Made by a program: the position numbers and the translations under genes. Shown here in pieces: positions 10,597 to 20,724 of a DNA stretch of 64,000 nucleotides (its first letter is position 1; each line of letters starts with the position of its first letter). Location of the stretch: positions 110,817 through 174,816 of the forward strand of contig CAWJFK010000023.1 in the NCBI GenBank assembly GCA_963842165.1. Reading direction: 5' to 3'. This DNA is from an uncultured Thermoplasmata archaeon (lineage in GTDB: Archaea > Thermoplasmatota > Thermoplasmata > Lutacidiplasmatales > UBA184). The notes below the pieces were generated by a model that was not told where the DNA came from, made no database searches, and worked only from the letters and a program-made list of their open reading frames with translations.

Positions 10597-13500
10597 CTAC
10601 CGGGTCCGGCCCCGGTCCGACTCGCGGCCCTCCCGCTGGAGCTCCCGGACCCACTCCTCGCCCTCCTTCCTCTTCTGCTCGAACCGATAGCGGGTGTACC
10701 CCCACACTCCGGCCAGGGAGGCCAGGACCGCGGTGATCAGGGAGACCGCGACGACCAGCGGGACGGTCCACGTCGCGGCGATCGTGCCTTCGGGGGCCGG
10801 ACTGGTGTAGCTCACCGAGACCGGATTCGGGGCCGCCCCTTGGACGGTCAGGGTCGAAGCCGAGAGGGAGACCCGGTATCCTGCCGGACCGGTCGCTGTC
10901 AGGGAGTACGACCCGTCGGGCAGCCGGAGGGTGATCTGGGATCCGGTCGATTGACCGGACGTCACGGCCTGGGTGGCCTGGTTGACCGCCGTGACCGTCC
11001 AGAAGGACCCGGTGGGCAACCCGGACTCGAGGAAGAACGCGGGGAAGGTGCTGTTCGAAAAGGCCACCGCGACCACGACGAGCGCCCCGTCGACGATGAC
11101 CTGCGGCGAGTAGTTCGCCGTGTAGCCGACCACCCCGCTCACGTTGAGGACGTAGGTCCCGTTCGGGACTCCAAAGGAGAGCGTGGTCCCCGCGGAGGAG
11201 AGGGTCGTCCCGCCGAGGGTTGCCGACCAGTCCGTGCCGTTCGCCAGGCCCGATTCTACGACGTCCACCCCGTAGACCAACTCGCCGGTCGCGTAGGAGA
11301 TCTGGACGATCACGGCCGTGCCGGAAAGATTCACCCACCCGAGGCTCGGCGACGGAAGGTAAGAAGAGACGCTTCCCACGAAGAACTGGTACGTCCCGTT
11401 CACCGCCGCGAACGAGATCGTCGGGCCGGTCGAGCTGAGGTTCGACCCGCCCAGGTCGACCTGCCACGCGGTGCCGGAGGGGAGTCCGGTCTCCTGGAAC
11501 GCGACCGTGTAGGAGGGACCCGAGGAGGCGTAGGAGAGATTCACGGCGGGGACCGGACCTCCCGCCACGATCACCGTGCCGTTGTTGGGGGTCGGGAAGT
11601 ACGTCGTCAAGCCGTACGAGGCGAACGCCTCGTACCAGTACGTTCCGTTCGGATCGTCGATCACGATCGTGTTCGAGTTCGTTCCCGCCCACTGGCCGGA
11701 GAGGTTCACGGACCAGCTCCACCCCGAGGGCAGACCCGTTTCTTGGAACGTCACTGGGTAGGTGACGATTCGTACGAACGTCACGATCACCGTCAGGTTG
11801 GCCCCGGCCACCACGAACAGGCCGGAGACGTTGACGGCGGCGTACGTTCCGTTCCCGTTGATCTGGAAGAAGTACGTCCCGTTGGGCTCACCGAAACTCA
11901 GGGTAGAGACCGGGGCCTGGGCGTATTGCCAGGAGCCGTTGACCCCGACCGACCAATTGGTCCCGCTGGGCAGGTCGTTCCCGTCGTTGAACGTCACGAC
12001 ATACCAGGCGGGGCCGGAGAAATTCAGGTAGACCTGGGTGGACTGGCCGCTGACCAGTACCCAACCTTCCGAGGACGGAAGGCTGTACCCGGCGCGTCCG
12101 CCGGTAACCACGTAGAAGTAGCTCCCGTTGGGCTCGTCGAATTGGAGCCAGCCACCGGTGGTGGTCCGGACGGCCCCCCCGACAAAGACCGACCACGAGG
12201 TACCCAGTGGCAGGCCGTTCTCCGTGAACTCGAGGCCGTACAGCGGGGGGTTCGCGGTATACGTGATGTACACGGTCGTCCCGTTCGGGCCCACGGTGAC
12301 ATTGCCCGCGGCAGGGGACGGGAAGTACGTCCCGCTCGAGGAAACGCTGTACTGGTACGGGACGGTGGCGTTCGGCTGCACCATGAACTCGAGCGGATTC
12401 GAATCGCCGCTCTGGGCGAGCTGGTCCGCACCGATCGTCACGCCCCAGTAGGTTCCGTTCGGGAGCCCGGTTTCCTGGAATACGAGCGGCACCCCCGGCG
12501 GAGGACTGGTCCCGAGGAACTGTGCGCACTCGAACGTCGTGTTGGCCGTGTTGGTGACGCAGACATCCCCGGTATCGGGGTCGTACACGACCCCCGACGG
12601 GTCGAAGGTGAGGACCGCGTAGACCGACTCGTTGGCCGTCGAAATCACGACGAGCGGGTTGAGGCCGCCGCCGACCCACATCATCCCGTCCGCGGGGTCG
12701 TAGGCGATCCCCTGGAGGTCCAGCGGAAAACTCGAGTTGGTGGACACCGGAATAGTAAGGACACTGAGGAAGGAGCTGCCCGAAATGACGCTGACGTTGT
12801 CGGACCCCTGGTCCGTGACGTAAACGTTGTCGGTCGCGGTGTCGACCGCCACGCCATAGGGTCCCTGGTCAACCGTGACGTTGGCGAGGCGCACTCCGGT
12901 GGATCCCGAGATGACGGTCACGTTGTTGGAACCGTAGTTCGCGACGAAGACATCCCCCGTGGAAGGGTCGGCGGCGATTCCGATGGGATCCGACCCGACC
13001 GGCACGCTCGCGAGGAGGGTGAGAGTCGAGCCGGAGATGATCGAGACGTTCGCGCTCCCGTTGTTGGCGACGTAGATGTCCCCGTTCACGGGGTCGAACG
13101 CGACGCCCGTGGGGCTCGTTCCGACCAAGATCGTCGCAATCGGAGCGGTGTCGTTGCCGGAGAGGGCGCTGACATTGTCCGAGCCGGAATTGGCGACAAA
13201 GATGTCACCGGTGAGATTGTCGTACGCGACACCGAAGGGATTCGAACCCACCGGGATGGTCTCGCTCACAATAGGATTCCACGTGAAATTCCCCGGCACG
13301 ATGTCGACACTCGAAGGGGGAACCGCGACGTAGAACGATTGGTCTGCGTTGTCGTAGGCCAACCACGCCGGGGGCCCGGGAAGATACCCGGGGGGCGTGG
13401 GATTCAGTGCCACGGTAGCGAGGCGGTGGTGCGGGAGGGTGGCGAGGGGATGGGCCACCGCCGGAGCCGCCACGCCCGGAGGAGCGGCCACGTCGGACAC

Positions 13501-13683
13501 GGGGTGAGCGGCGGCGAGAGTCGCCCCGCTCCAAGATCCGACGGAGGCCAGGAGGACGATCAGGGCCACCCCCAGGACCCAGCCGGCAACGACGGTCGGG
13601 GGAGCCGGTGCATTCAGGACAGGATGGGCAGCCCGGGGCGAGGGCATCGGGACGGTTCCAATCCTCGGCCGATCCGCGCTCAT
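10597..13683 (-). CDS. Cell-surface protein: YVTN/YncE beta-propeller, thermopsin-type Ig-like repeats, C-terminal TM
   Basis: Signal-like hydrophobic segment; repeats VGSNPFGVAYD...IFVANSGSDNVS; repeats VTFQETGLPSGTxWSV...PNGTY; TM plus basic tail. Confidence 0.85.
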   Translation of the reverse strand: MSADRPRIGTVPMPSPRAAHPVLNAPAPPTVVAGWVLGVALIVLLASVGSWSGATLAAAHPVSDVAAPPGVAAPAVAHPLATLPHHRLATVALNPTPPGYLPGPPAWLAYDNADQSFYVAVPPSSVDIVPGNFTWNPIVSETIPVGSNPFGVAYDNLTGDIFVANSGSDNVSALSGNDTAPIATILVGTSPTGVAFDPVNGDIYVANNGSANVSIISGSTLTLLASVPVGSDPIGIAADPSTGDVFVANYGSNNVTVISGSTGVRLANVTVDQGPYGVAVDTATDNVYVTDQGSDNVSVISGSSFLSVLTIPVSTNSSFPLDLQGIAYDPADGMMWVGGGLNPLVVISTANESVYAVLTFDPSGVVYDPDTGDVCVTNTANTTFECAQFLGTSPPPGVPLVFQETGLPNGTYWGVTIGADQLAQSGDSNPLEFMVQPNATVPYQYSVSSSGTYFPSPAAGNVTVGPNGTTVYITYTANPPLYGLEFTENGLPLGTSWSVFVGGAVRTTTGGWLQFDEPNGSYFYVVTGGRAGYSLPSSEGWVLVSGQSTQVYLNFSGPAWYVVTFNDGNDLPSGTNWSVGVNGSWQYAQAPVSTLSFGEPNGTYFFQINGNGTYAAVNVSGLFVVAGANLTVIVTFVRIVTYPVTFQETGLPSGWSWSVNLSGQWAGTNSNTIVIDDPNGTYWYEAFASYGLTTYFPTPNNGTVIVAGGPVPAVNLSYASSGPSYTVAFQETGLPSGTAWQVDLGGSNLSSTGPTISFAAVNGTYQFFVGSVSSYLPSPSLGWVNLSGTAVIVQISYATGELVYGVDVVESGLANGTDWSATLGGTTLSSAGTTLSFGVPNGTYVLNVSGVVGYTANYSPQVIVDGALVVVAVAFSNSTFPAFFLESGLPTGSFWTVTAVNQATQAVTSGQSTGSQITLRLPDGSYSLTATGPAGYRVSLSASTLTVQGAAPNPVSVSYTSPAPEGTIAATWTVPLVVAVSLITAVLASLAGVWGYTRYRFEQKRKEGEEWVRELQREGRESDRGRTR

Positions 13684-13708
13684 AATGATCTGTAGGCGGT
13701 CCCGGGCT

Positions 13709-13746
13709 TATGAACCCAGGGCGATTTTACGTCAGAAATATTCCGG
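13709..13746 (-). promoter_or_regulatory. Putative promoter/operator motif shared with 54442-54480
   Basis: Minus strand CCGGAATATTTCTGACGTAAAATCGCCCTGGGTTCATA, ending 25 nt before the ATG. Confidence 0.55.
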
Positions 13747-13753
13747 TTCGGTC

Positions 13754-14296
13754 TTACGTACGCTGGTCCCGGGGGGGAGGCAAGTGCAGTCGGTCGTCCG
13801 TTTCGGCCTGCGCGTAACCGGACTGGAAGAAGAGCAGGGGCGCGCCGGCCCGCCCGAGCTCCTGGTGGACGACCTCCCCCACAATGAGCACGTGGTCGTA
13901 GCGGGGCGTCCAAGCGACGACCCGGCATTCGGCCGCGCCGAGCGTTCCGTCCAGCAGGGCCGCCCCCGTGGACCCGCGGTGCACGGGGAGGTCGCGGAAC
14001 TTTTCCTCGGGAGGTGCCGCGCGGGAGAACCGCTCGCTCAGCGCCCGCTGGTCGGCGGCCAGGAAGTTGACCGCAAAGGCCCCGGAACGCTGGACGACGG
14101 GCGTGGTGTCGGCATCGAGGGTGAGGCTGATGAGCAGGGACGGGGGAGCGACCGAGACGGAGAGGAGGGCGTTCACGGTCAGCCCGGCGTCGTGGCCCTC
14201 TTCATGGGCGGTGACGACCGCCACCCCGGTCGCCCATCGGGCCATGAGGTCCCGAAAGGTGCGTCCGTCGGTCGAGGCCGCGGGAGGACCGCTCAT
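13754..14296 (-). CDS. Flavin reductase family protein
   Basis: FRDLMARWATGVAVVT, SVSVAPPSLLI, FAVNFL, DHVLIVGEV; apparent fusion to the permease in the ORF track is an indel effect. Confidence 0.9.
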   Translation of the reverse strand: MSGPPAASTDGRTFRDLMARWATGVAVVTAHEEGHDAGLTVNALLSVSVAPPSLLISLTLDADTTPVVQRSGAFAVNFLAADQRALSERFSRAAPPEEKFRDLPVHRGSTGAALLDGTLGAAECRVVAWTPRYDHVLIVGEVVHQELGRAGAPLLFFQSGYAQAETDDRLHLPPPRDQRT

Positions 14297-15413
14297 TCGA
14301 CGTCCCGCCATTGGAACAGTCGAACGGCGAGCGCGAAGATGAGTACGGCCACTACCGTGACGACCGCGACGTCGAACAGGGCCCGCGACGGGTTGGAGAA
14401 GAGCATCACTTGGTCCATCCCATCGATCACATAGTACAGCGGTAGCACTTTCGCCACCGGCTGCAGCCAGCTCGGGAACATCGAGACGGAGAAGAACGTT
14501 CCCGAGAGGAACATCATCGGGAAGGTGATGATGTTCCCGATGAGGGCGGCGCTCTCGGGCGTGCGCGCGACCGTGCCGGCGAGCATCCCGAGCGAAACGA
14601 ACAGGAACGGTCCCAGGACCAGGAACGCGAAGAGGCCGGCCGTGACGTGCACGTGCGCCGAGAAGAGACCCACCCCGGCGCCGATCATGATCCCGGCGGT
14701 GACGAACGTCAGGAGGACGTACCAGATGATCCGGGAGAGGAGCCATTCGGATTTCGTGAGGGGCGTGAGAGAGAGGGCGCGGAAGATCCCCTCTTTGCGG
14801 TACGAGGAAGCGATGTCGACCATGGAGAACATCGGGCTCGTCAGGATCGAGAACCCGACGAGGCCGGGGATCAGGTAGTCGATGTAGGTGTAGACCTGGC
14901 TGCCGATGTTCTTCGGCGGGGGCACCTGGATGACCGGCGCGCAGCTCCCCGGACGCGCAGACGGCGTGGAGGTTGAAGTAGTTCGCCACACCCATAACGG
15001 CGCCCTCCGCTTGGCCGGTGGACGCGGCGCTCTCTGGGTTCGTGAAGAGGGTCACGTCCACGCTCGTTCGATTCGAGTAGTTCGACTGGAACCCCGCCGG
15101 GATGAGGAGGCCGACCGAGTACCCGTTGTCGCCGAGATCGGCCGAGAACGAGGCGGTGGGATAGTTGACGATCGTGACCTGGACGAGGCTCGTGTTGTTC
15201 AGCGCGGCGAGGAACGCAACGCTCGTCGGGGAGTTGTGGTCGAGGTTCTCGACCGCGATCGAGACCGCGCCCCCTCCGCCACCGGAGAAGATCGCCCCGA
15301 ACAGCGCGATGAGGATGATCGGGAAGATCAGCGAGAAGAACAGGGCCACCGGGTTCCGGAGATACGACCGGGACGACGACCTTCAGGTCAGCCAGGATGC
15401 GTTCGGGCTTCAC
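14293..15413 (-). CDS. ABC-2 type exporter permease; indels
   Basis: RNPVALFFSLIFPIILIALFG, YIDYLIPGLVG, PMMFLSGTFF. Confidence 0.88.
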
Positions 15414-16342
15414 GGAGTCGCCTCCGACTTGAGCGCCCCCTCGTCCATCGTTCCGACGAGGCGAACGAACACGTCCTCGAGCGTGTCGCGCTCGGTCGCG
15501 AACCCGTCCCACGGGATCCCGCTCCCGTCGACCGCCGTGAGGACCCGGAGCGCGTCGTGGCTGGAGGCGAGCGGGACCTCGACATGGCCGTCATGCGCCT
15601 CCGCCGCGAACCCGTGGGACTGGCGGAGGTAGTCCGCGAGCGCGGGAGTCGACCGGAAGACCAGGCGTTCGGGGCGGCCGCGCGCCCGGATGATTTCCGC
15701 GGGCGTCCCCGACGCGATGATCTTCCCGTGGTGGATGATGCCGACCTGGTCGGCGAGCAGCTCGGCCTCCTCGAGGTAGTGGGTGGTGAGGAAGACCGTC
15801 CGCCCCTCCCGCTGGAGGCCCCGGATCACTTCCCAGATCGACCGTCGGGCCTGGGGGTCGAGTCCGGTGGTCGGTTCATCGAGGAAACAGACCTCCGGGT
15901 TGTCGGAAAGGGCGAGCGCGAGTCCGAGCTTCTGCTTCTGACCTCCGGACAGGGTATCGAAGCGGCTGTTCGCCTTGTCCATTAAGTCGACCTGTCCGAG
16001 CAAGGTCATCGGGTTCGGGTGGGTCCCGAAGATGCTCCCGTAGTACTGGATCGCCTCCTTGGGCGTGATCTTCTCGAAGAAACGGAAGTCCTGCGGAATG
16101 ACACCGATCCGTCGGTGGAGCGTCGTCCCCTCGGTCCAGGGGTCGAGGCCCAGGACCCGAACCTCGCCTTCCGTGCTCCGCCGGAGGCCCTCGAGGATCT
16201 CGGTCGTGGTCGTCTTCCCGGCCCCGTTCGGGCCGAGGAACGCGTATACGGTGCCCGCTTCGACCGAGAAGTCGATGTGGTCGACCGCGAACAGGGAGTT
16301 GTAGCGCTTCACGAGGCCACGGACCTCGATCGCTCGCGCCAT
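15410..16342 (-). CDS. ABC transporter ATP-binding protein
   Basis: GPNGAGKTT, LSGGQKQK, FLDEPTTGLDP, LTTHY. Confidence 0.95.
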   Translation of the reverse strand: MARAIEVRGLVKRYNSLFAVDHIDFSVEAGTVYAFLGPNGAGKTTTTEILEGLRRSTEGEVRVLGLDPWTEGTTLHRRIGVIPQDFRFFEKITPKEAIQYYGSIFGTHPNPMTLLGQVDLMDKANSRFDTLSGGQKQKLGLALALSDNPEVCFLDEPTTGLDPQARRSIWEVIRGLQREGRTVFLTTHYLEEAELLADQVGIIHHGKIIASGTPAEIIRARGRPERLVFRSTPALADYLRQSHGFAAEAHDGHVEVPLASSHDALRVLTAVDGSGIPWDGFATERDTLEDVFVRLVGTMDEGALKSEATP

Positions 16343-16364
16343 CAGCCCGGCGTGCCGCCTCCGC

Positions 16365-18564
16365 TTATGAACGTTCTGGCGGTCTCGGGAGGTCGAGGAC
16401 GGCTGACTCGCCCGGCGCGAGCAAACGAAGCCCCGAACCGGCCTCCACGGTGAGGCGGCCGGTCCCCCGCCAGTGAACGCTCAACCTCCCGGGCGACCAG
16501 TTGAGGTCGAGGTAGCCACGGGCCACGCGCAGCCCCCGGAGCGCGGCGGAGGTCCATCCGTGCGGAAACGCGGGCAGGACCCGGACGGGGTCGTCCCCTC
16601 CTCCGACTCGGATCCCCCACAGGCGCTCGAACAGGAGCGTGAGGAACGGTGCCACGCTGAACCCGAGCAGGTAGCACGAGTCGAACGGCTCGGCCCGGTC
16701 GCCGAGGTAGCACTCGTTGGCGAACCCGTCCTCGGCGGCAAACCGGTCTGCGATCGTTCGCAGGTAGCCGAGCCCCCGCGACCGCTCTCCCACGGCGAAG
16801 GCCGCGTCCGCGGCCCACGCCGTCGCCACCGTCCACACCTGCCCCTGGTGGTAGGCACGGGGGTCGTACTCCGGGTCGAGTGACGACAGGCTGCGAACGC
16901 CCCAGGCTGTGGTGAGGTCGTCGCGGGCCGCCCGCTCGACGGCCGCCCGCGCGACGGTCGGGTCGAGAACACCGGCGCTGACGGCTCGGAGGGCGTTCGG
17001 CCGGACCCGGGCGACCGGAGTCGAGCCGAGGAGGGAGTCGTACAGGTCCTCCTCCTCGGGCCAGAGGTCCCGGTCGCGAAGAGTCACCGCCAATCGAGTA
17101 GCGAGCGCTTCGCAGGCCGACTTCCGGTCGGTGTCGGCGGCGCGGCCGAGCAATTGGGAAGCGGCGGAGAGCGTCTCCCACCAGAGGACCTGGACATCGA
17201 GGGCATGATCCCGACGGTCGGCGGAGTCCCAGATCGTCGTGTCGGGAGAGTCGATTCCGTACTTCACGCGGGCGAGTCCTCCCGTCGCGCGCGCGATCTC
17301 CTCGGCCTCGCCCCCGTGCCGCAGCAGTCCGGTCGATGCGTCGGTTCGGCGCCGACCCCACTCCACGATCCGGGCGAGCGCGTCCGCCCAGCGCGCGACC
17401 GAGGAGAGGTCTCCGCTGTGTCGCTGCATCTGCTCGACGACCGCCGGGTACCGGAGCGTGCTGTCGGAGGTGCCGTAGAGTAGGATGGGTCCTGGGGCGA
17501 GCTGCATGGGGAGCTCGCCGGGTTCCCCCGCCAGTACCGGAACGCTCTGTCGGCTCTGGAACCGAAAGACGGTCTCGACCGAACGGGCGGCCCATTCGAA
17601 ATCCCCCAGCCAGAGGAGGGCGGGTAGCATGATGGCCAAGTCCCGGCACCAGATCGCCGAATACCAGGGGTACCGGCGACGAGGCCGACCATCTGGTCGT
17701 CGGGCGCAGCGTAGAGCCGACGCAGGGCCGACCGCGCCGAGCGGTAGGCGACCTCGAGCTCGGGCGCATCCGGGAACTTGAGCTCCGGCGTCCCTTCGGT
17801 CCAGCGAAGATCGTCCGCGGCTTGCCGGGCGGCGATCCCGAGGGGGTCGGGGAGCGCCGCGCCCGCGTCGGCCAGCGCCGTGTCGAGGTCCCGGACGAGC
17901 CCCCCGGCGATCTGCCAGCGGACCTCGGCTGAGCCGCTCGCCGGGACGACGACCTCGTGCTCGGCCGCGAACTCCTCGACCGGTCCCGGGTACTTGCCGC
18001 CGACCCAGGAGCCTCGATTCAGGAAGAGCCCGGCTCGGTGCGGCGGTCGAAGCGGCCTGCAGACCGAAACCATGGTGGCGCACCGCCACCCCTGCTTCCG
18101 ACGTCCGCACTTCAAATTCGAGCGGCCAGGATCCCCTCGACCAGGACAGGGAACAGGAAGGGGCAGAAGCGGCTCGTGAGGGTGACGGCGACCTCCCGAT
18201 CGGAGGCTGAACGGAGGACGAGCCGCCGGACCGCCCCGGAAGGCCGAGCTTGCGCGACGATCTCCTGGTGGATGTCGAGACCGGTCCAACGATGCTCGCT
18301 CTTCCAGCCTCCGGGGAACGACGATCCGCCCACTCGACACGACGGGAGGTCCGTCGTGCTCTCGCCCGAGCTGATCTCCACGGTCCAGGGCCCCGTGAGG
18401 CGGATCAGCTGACCGTAGACTCCCCCCCATTCCGCCAGCGACCCCCGGCTTTCCCGAACGAAGCGAAGGTCTCCTCGACCGTCGCCGAGCGCGGCCGATG
18501 CGAGGCTCGTGAGAAGGAACGGAGTGGGCGGGGTAGCCATGCCGGGGCGGCTGGGATCGATCAC
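16365..18564 (-). CDS. Amylo-alpha-1,6-glucosidase / glycogen-debranching-like (alpha/alpha)6 glycoside hydrolase; indels
   Basis: GYPWYSAIWCRD, TIWDSADR, VRPNAL, TAWGVRSLS, YHQGQVW. Confidence 0.8.
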
Positions 18565-19046
18565 GACGACCCCTCCGCCCGGGGAATGTCTCGGACCTCC
18601 AACCAGACGAGAGGCGGGATGGCCACACTACGGAGCTCCAGTCGGACGGTGACCGGGACCGACCCTTCCGGAAGCGGCCAGTCCGCCTCCAACTCTAGTC
18701 CGCTTCCCGCCTGAAGCTCGAGGGGATGGACCCGATCCAGCTGAGTCGTGGTTCGCCAAGCCTGACCCGGACCCTCCCGTACCCGGACCTGGTCGAGCGG
18801 CACGGGGGTCCCGTCCACTCGGAGGAGCAAGCTCGAGAACGCGCCGATCCTCAGCGGTGGGTTGGAGAGGGCGAACTGGAACCCGGTAGGCGTCTTCGCC
18901 AGGGAATGAGGAACATACACCGAAGCTTCGACCGTTTCGGCGATCCACGCCAGTGCCTCGAGCGACTGCGTTCCGAACTCGAGCTCGAGCCGGATCGCCT
19001 CGCCCACCAAGTGGAGGAGCGATCCGATGCGGTGGTCGCTCACCAC
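18561..19046 (-). CDS. Hypothetical beta-sandwich protein, stop overlapping the hydrolase start
   Basis: 161-aa ORF; VYVPHSLAKTPTGFQFALSNP...LRVDGTPVP. Confidence 0.6.
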   Translation of the reverse strand: MVSDHRIGSLLHLVGEAIRLELEFGTQSLEALAWIAETVEASVYVPHSLAKTPTGFQFALSNPPLRIGAFSSLLLRVDGTPVPLDQVRVREGPGQAWRTTTQLDRVHPLELQAGSGLELEADWPLPEGSVPVTVRLELRSVAIPPLVWLEVRDIPRAEGSS

Positions 19047-19342
19047 CTCCGCAACGAACGGGGCCGCTTATCGGGTTCGCCAGGGGAACCGGCCCGGAAA
19101 AGGTTCGCGGCCCATCGGAAGGCGCTCCGGTCGAGGGAGCGGCCCCCGAGGGCCTCGAGGGGGACGGGACGGACCCGCCATTCCCCCGATCGAGCGGGAG
19201 GGTCGGCGGCTGGTCGGTTCGGTCGGCCACGGTCTATCGACCGCCTTCGGCACTCCGTACCCCGACTCCGGGCGGGACCCGATCCAACCACCGGTCTCGG
19301 CCCGTCCGTCCCTGTCGTCCACGAAGAAACCAGGGGTGGGGG

Positions 19343-19374
19343 ACTACTTAGCTGTAGTAACGATAAATCCGTTA
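19343..19374. promoter_or_regulatory. AT-rich patch with two short inverted repeats (ACTAC-N6-GTAGT; TAACG-N7-CGTTA)
   Basis: Read directly; stands out from the GC-rich background. Confidence 0.35.
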
Positions 19375-19380
19375 AATGAG

Positions 19381-20205
19381 TTAAGCGATTGATTTCCTCG
19401 CCGGGGTCCGGGCGAAGAGGGCCAGCGCGAGCCGGCCCTGGTCGGTGAGTAGAACTCTCGCCCGCGGCCCGGCGGATTCGGTTCGGACGAACCCCCAGCG
19501 GCGCTCGAGCGGGTCGAGCCGTCGGCGGAGCCGGCCGTGCTGGGCCTGGGGCGAGGGGGGCCGCCCGCCGTCCGGTGCGGGCCGGTCGAGCCCTAGTTCG
19601 CGCAGGAGGTCGCGCTTTCGGAGCGAGCCTCCGCGACGGTCGAGCGCCTCGAGGACCTCGACCAGCTCCCGGCCGGGCGCCCGGAGCTCGTACACCCCCA
19701 CCGGCTCGACCCGGTCGACGACGTCGTGGACCTCCCCTACCCGCGGCGTTCGGTCGGAGTACCACGCTCGCGAAACCTGGGCGTAGTAGGGGGTCCCGTT
19801 CCAGAGCATGCAGGCGAGCGTCCCGGCGATCGCCGTGATCTTCGTCCCGGTCGAGACGTTGACCCGGAGCGGGACCACGTCCCGAGCCGAGCGGTCGCTC
19901 CTTCCTTCGGCTTCAAAGATCGCCCGGAGCGACGACAGCGCGTGAAAGACGTCCCACAGGTCGGTCCGGACCACCCGTACCTCGACGGGCCACGACGCCT
20001 TTCGCAGGCGTCGCGTGACCTCGTCCACGAAGGGGGCGGCGACGTCGTGCTCGGCCCGCGTTAGCAGATAGACCCGGTCGGCCCGATCCTCCTCCAGCGG
20101 TTGGGTGACGCGCTCGACCTCGAACCCGACCGGAGCGATGTGGATGCGGCCGTGGGGGGCTCCGAGCGCGGAGGCCGAGACGACGCGGCCCCGGGGTTTC
20201 GGCAC
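19381..20205 (-). CDS. DUF6293 / HFX_2341-like regulator (CARF-like Rossmann domain plus winged helix)
   Basis: RIHIAPVGFEVERV, ADRVYLL, VNVSTGTKITAIAG, C-terminal wHTH ending VLLTDQGR. Confidence 0.8.
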   Translation of the reverse strand: MPKPRGRVVSASALGAPHGRIHIAPVGFEVERVTQPLEEDRADRVYLLTRAEHDVAAPFVDEVTRRLRKASWPVEVRVVRTDLWDVFHALSSLRAIFEAEGRSDRSARDVVPLRVNVSTGTKITAIAGTLACMLWNGTPYYAQVSRAWYSDRTPRVGEVHDVVDRVEPVGVYELRAPGRELVEVLEALDRRGGSLRKRDLLRELGLDRPAPDGGRPPSPQAQHGRLRRRLDPLERRWGFVRTESAGPRARVLLTDQGRLALALFARTPARKSIA

Positions 20206-20256
20206 GGCGGGGTCGAAGCTCCGCTCTCGGATGAACTTCGCGGACGGGCGAACGAC

Positions 20257-20724
20257 TCAGCGGAGTGCGTCGGGCGCCGCGTGCGGGTGGCGGTGGCCGG
20301 TCCGGCCCCCCGCGATGCTCGGCGTCATGATGACCGTCTCCCCCTCGAGCACGCCCCGGACGCCGCTCAGGTCCTGGGCAGCGGCTTCCACTTCGCGGCG
20401 CCGGCCGAGCAGGACGATGACCTCCGCACATGCGTCGCCCTCGAGATGGACGTGGTTGGTCGAACGGACGTGCTCTCCCCAGCGGTGCTCGGCGGTCGTG
20501 AGGCGCTGCATCACGTTGGGCGCCCCGTGGCGGTAGAGCACGGTGACCACCCCCAGCGCGTCCGCCTCCGGGTCGGAGAGGGTCCGGTCGGCGAGCTCCT
20601 TGCGGATCAATGCCCGGATCGCGTCCGAGCGGCTCGGGCTGTTCCGTTCCTGCACCCACCGGTCGAGGAGCTCGAGCAGTTCCGGCTCGAGGGAGACGGC
20701 GGTACGGACGACGTTGCGCGTCAT
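20257..20724 (-). CDS. nikR: Nickel-responsive regulator NikR
   Basis: Ribbon-helix-helix RTAVSLEPELL...SRSDAIRALIR; metal site EH...HVHLEGDACAEVI. Confidence 0.92.
   Translation of the reverse strand: MTRNVVRTAVSLEPELLELLDRWVQERNSPSRSDAIRALIRKELADRTLSDPEADALGVVTVLYRHGAPNVMQRLTTAEHRWGEHVRSTNHVHLEGDACAEVIVLLGRRREVEAAAQDLSGVRGVLEGETVIMTPSIAGGRTGHRHPHAAPDALR

Noticed and set aside
9940-13695. 1251-aa plus-strand ORF and many other long Arg/Gly/Pro-rich ORFs
   Set aside because: Shadow frames of real genes in high-GC DNA; no recognisable motifs.
13754-15349. ABC permease-flavin reductase fusion (531-aa ORF)
   Set aside because: The middle of the ORF is out-of-frame permease sequence; the reductase has its own ATG overlapping the permease stop.
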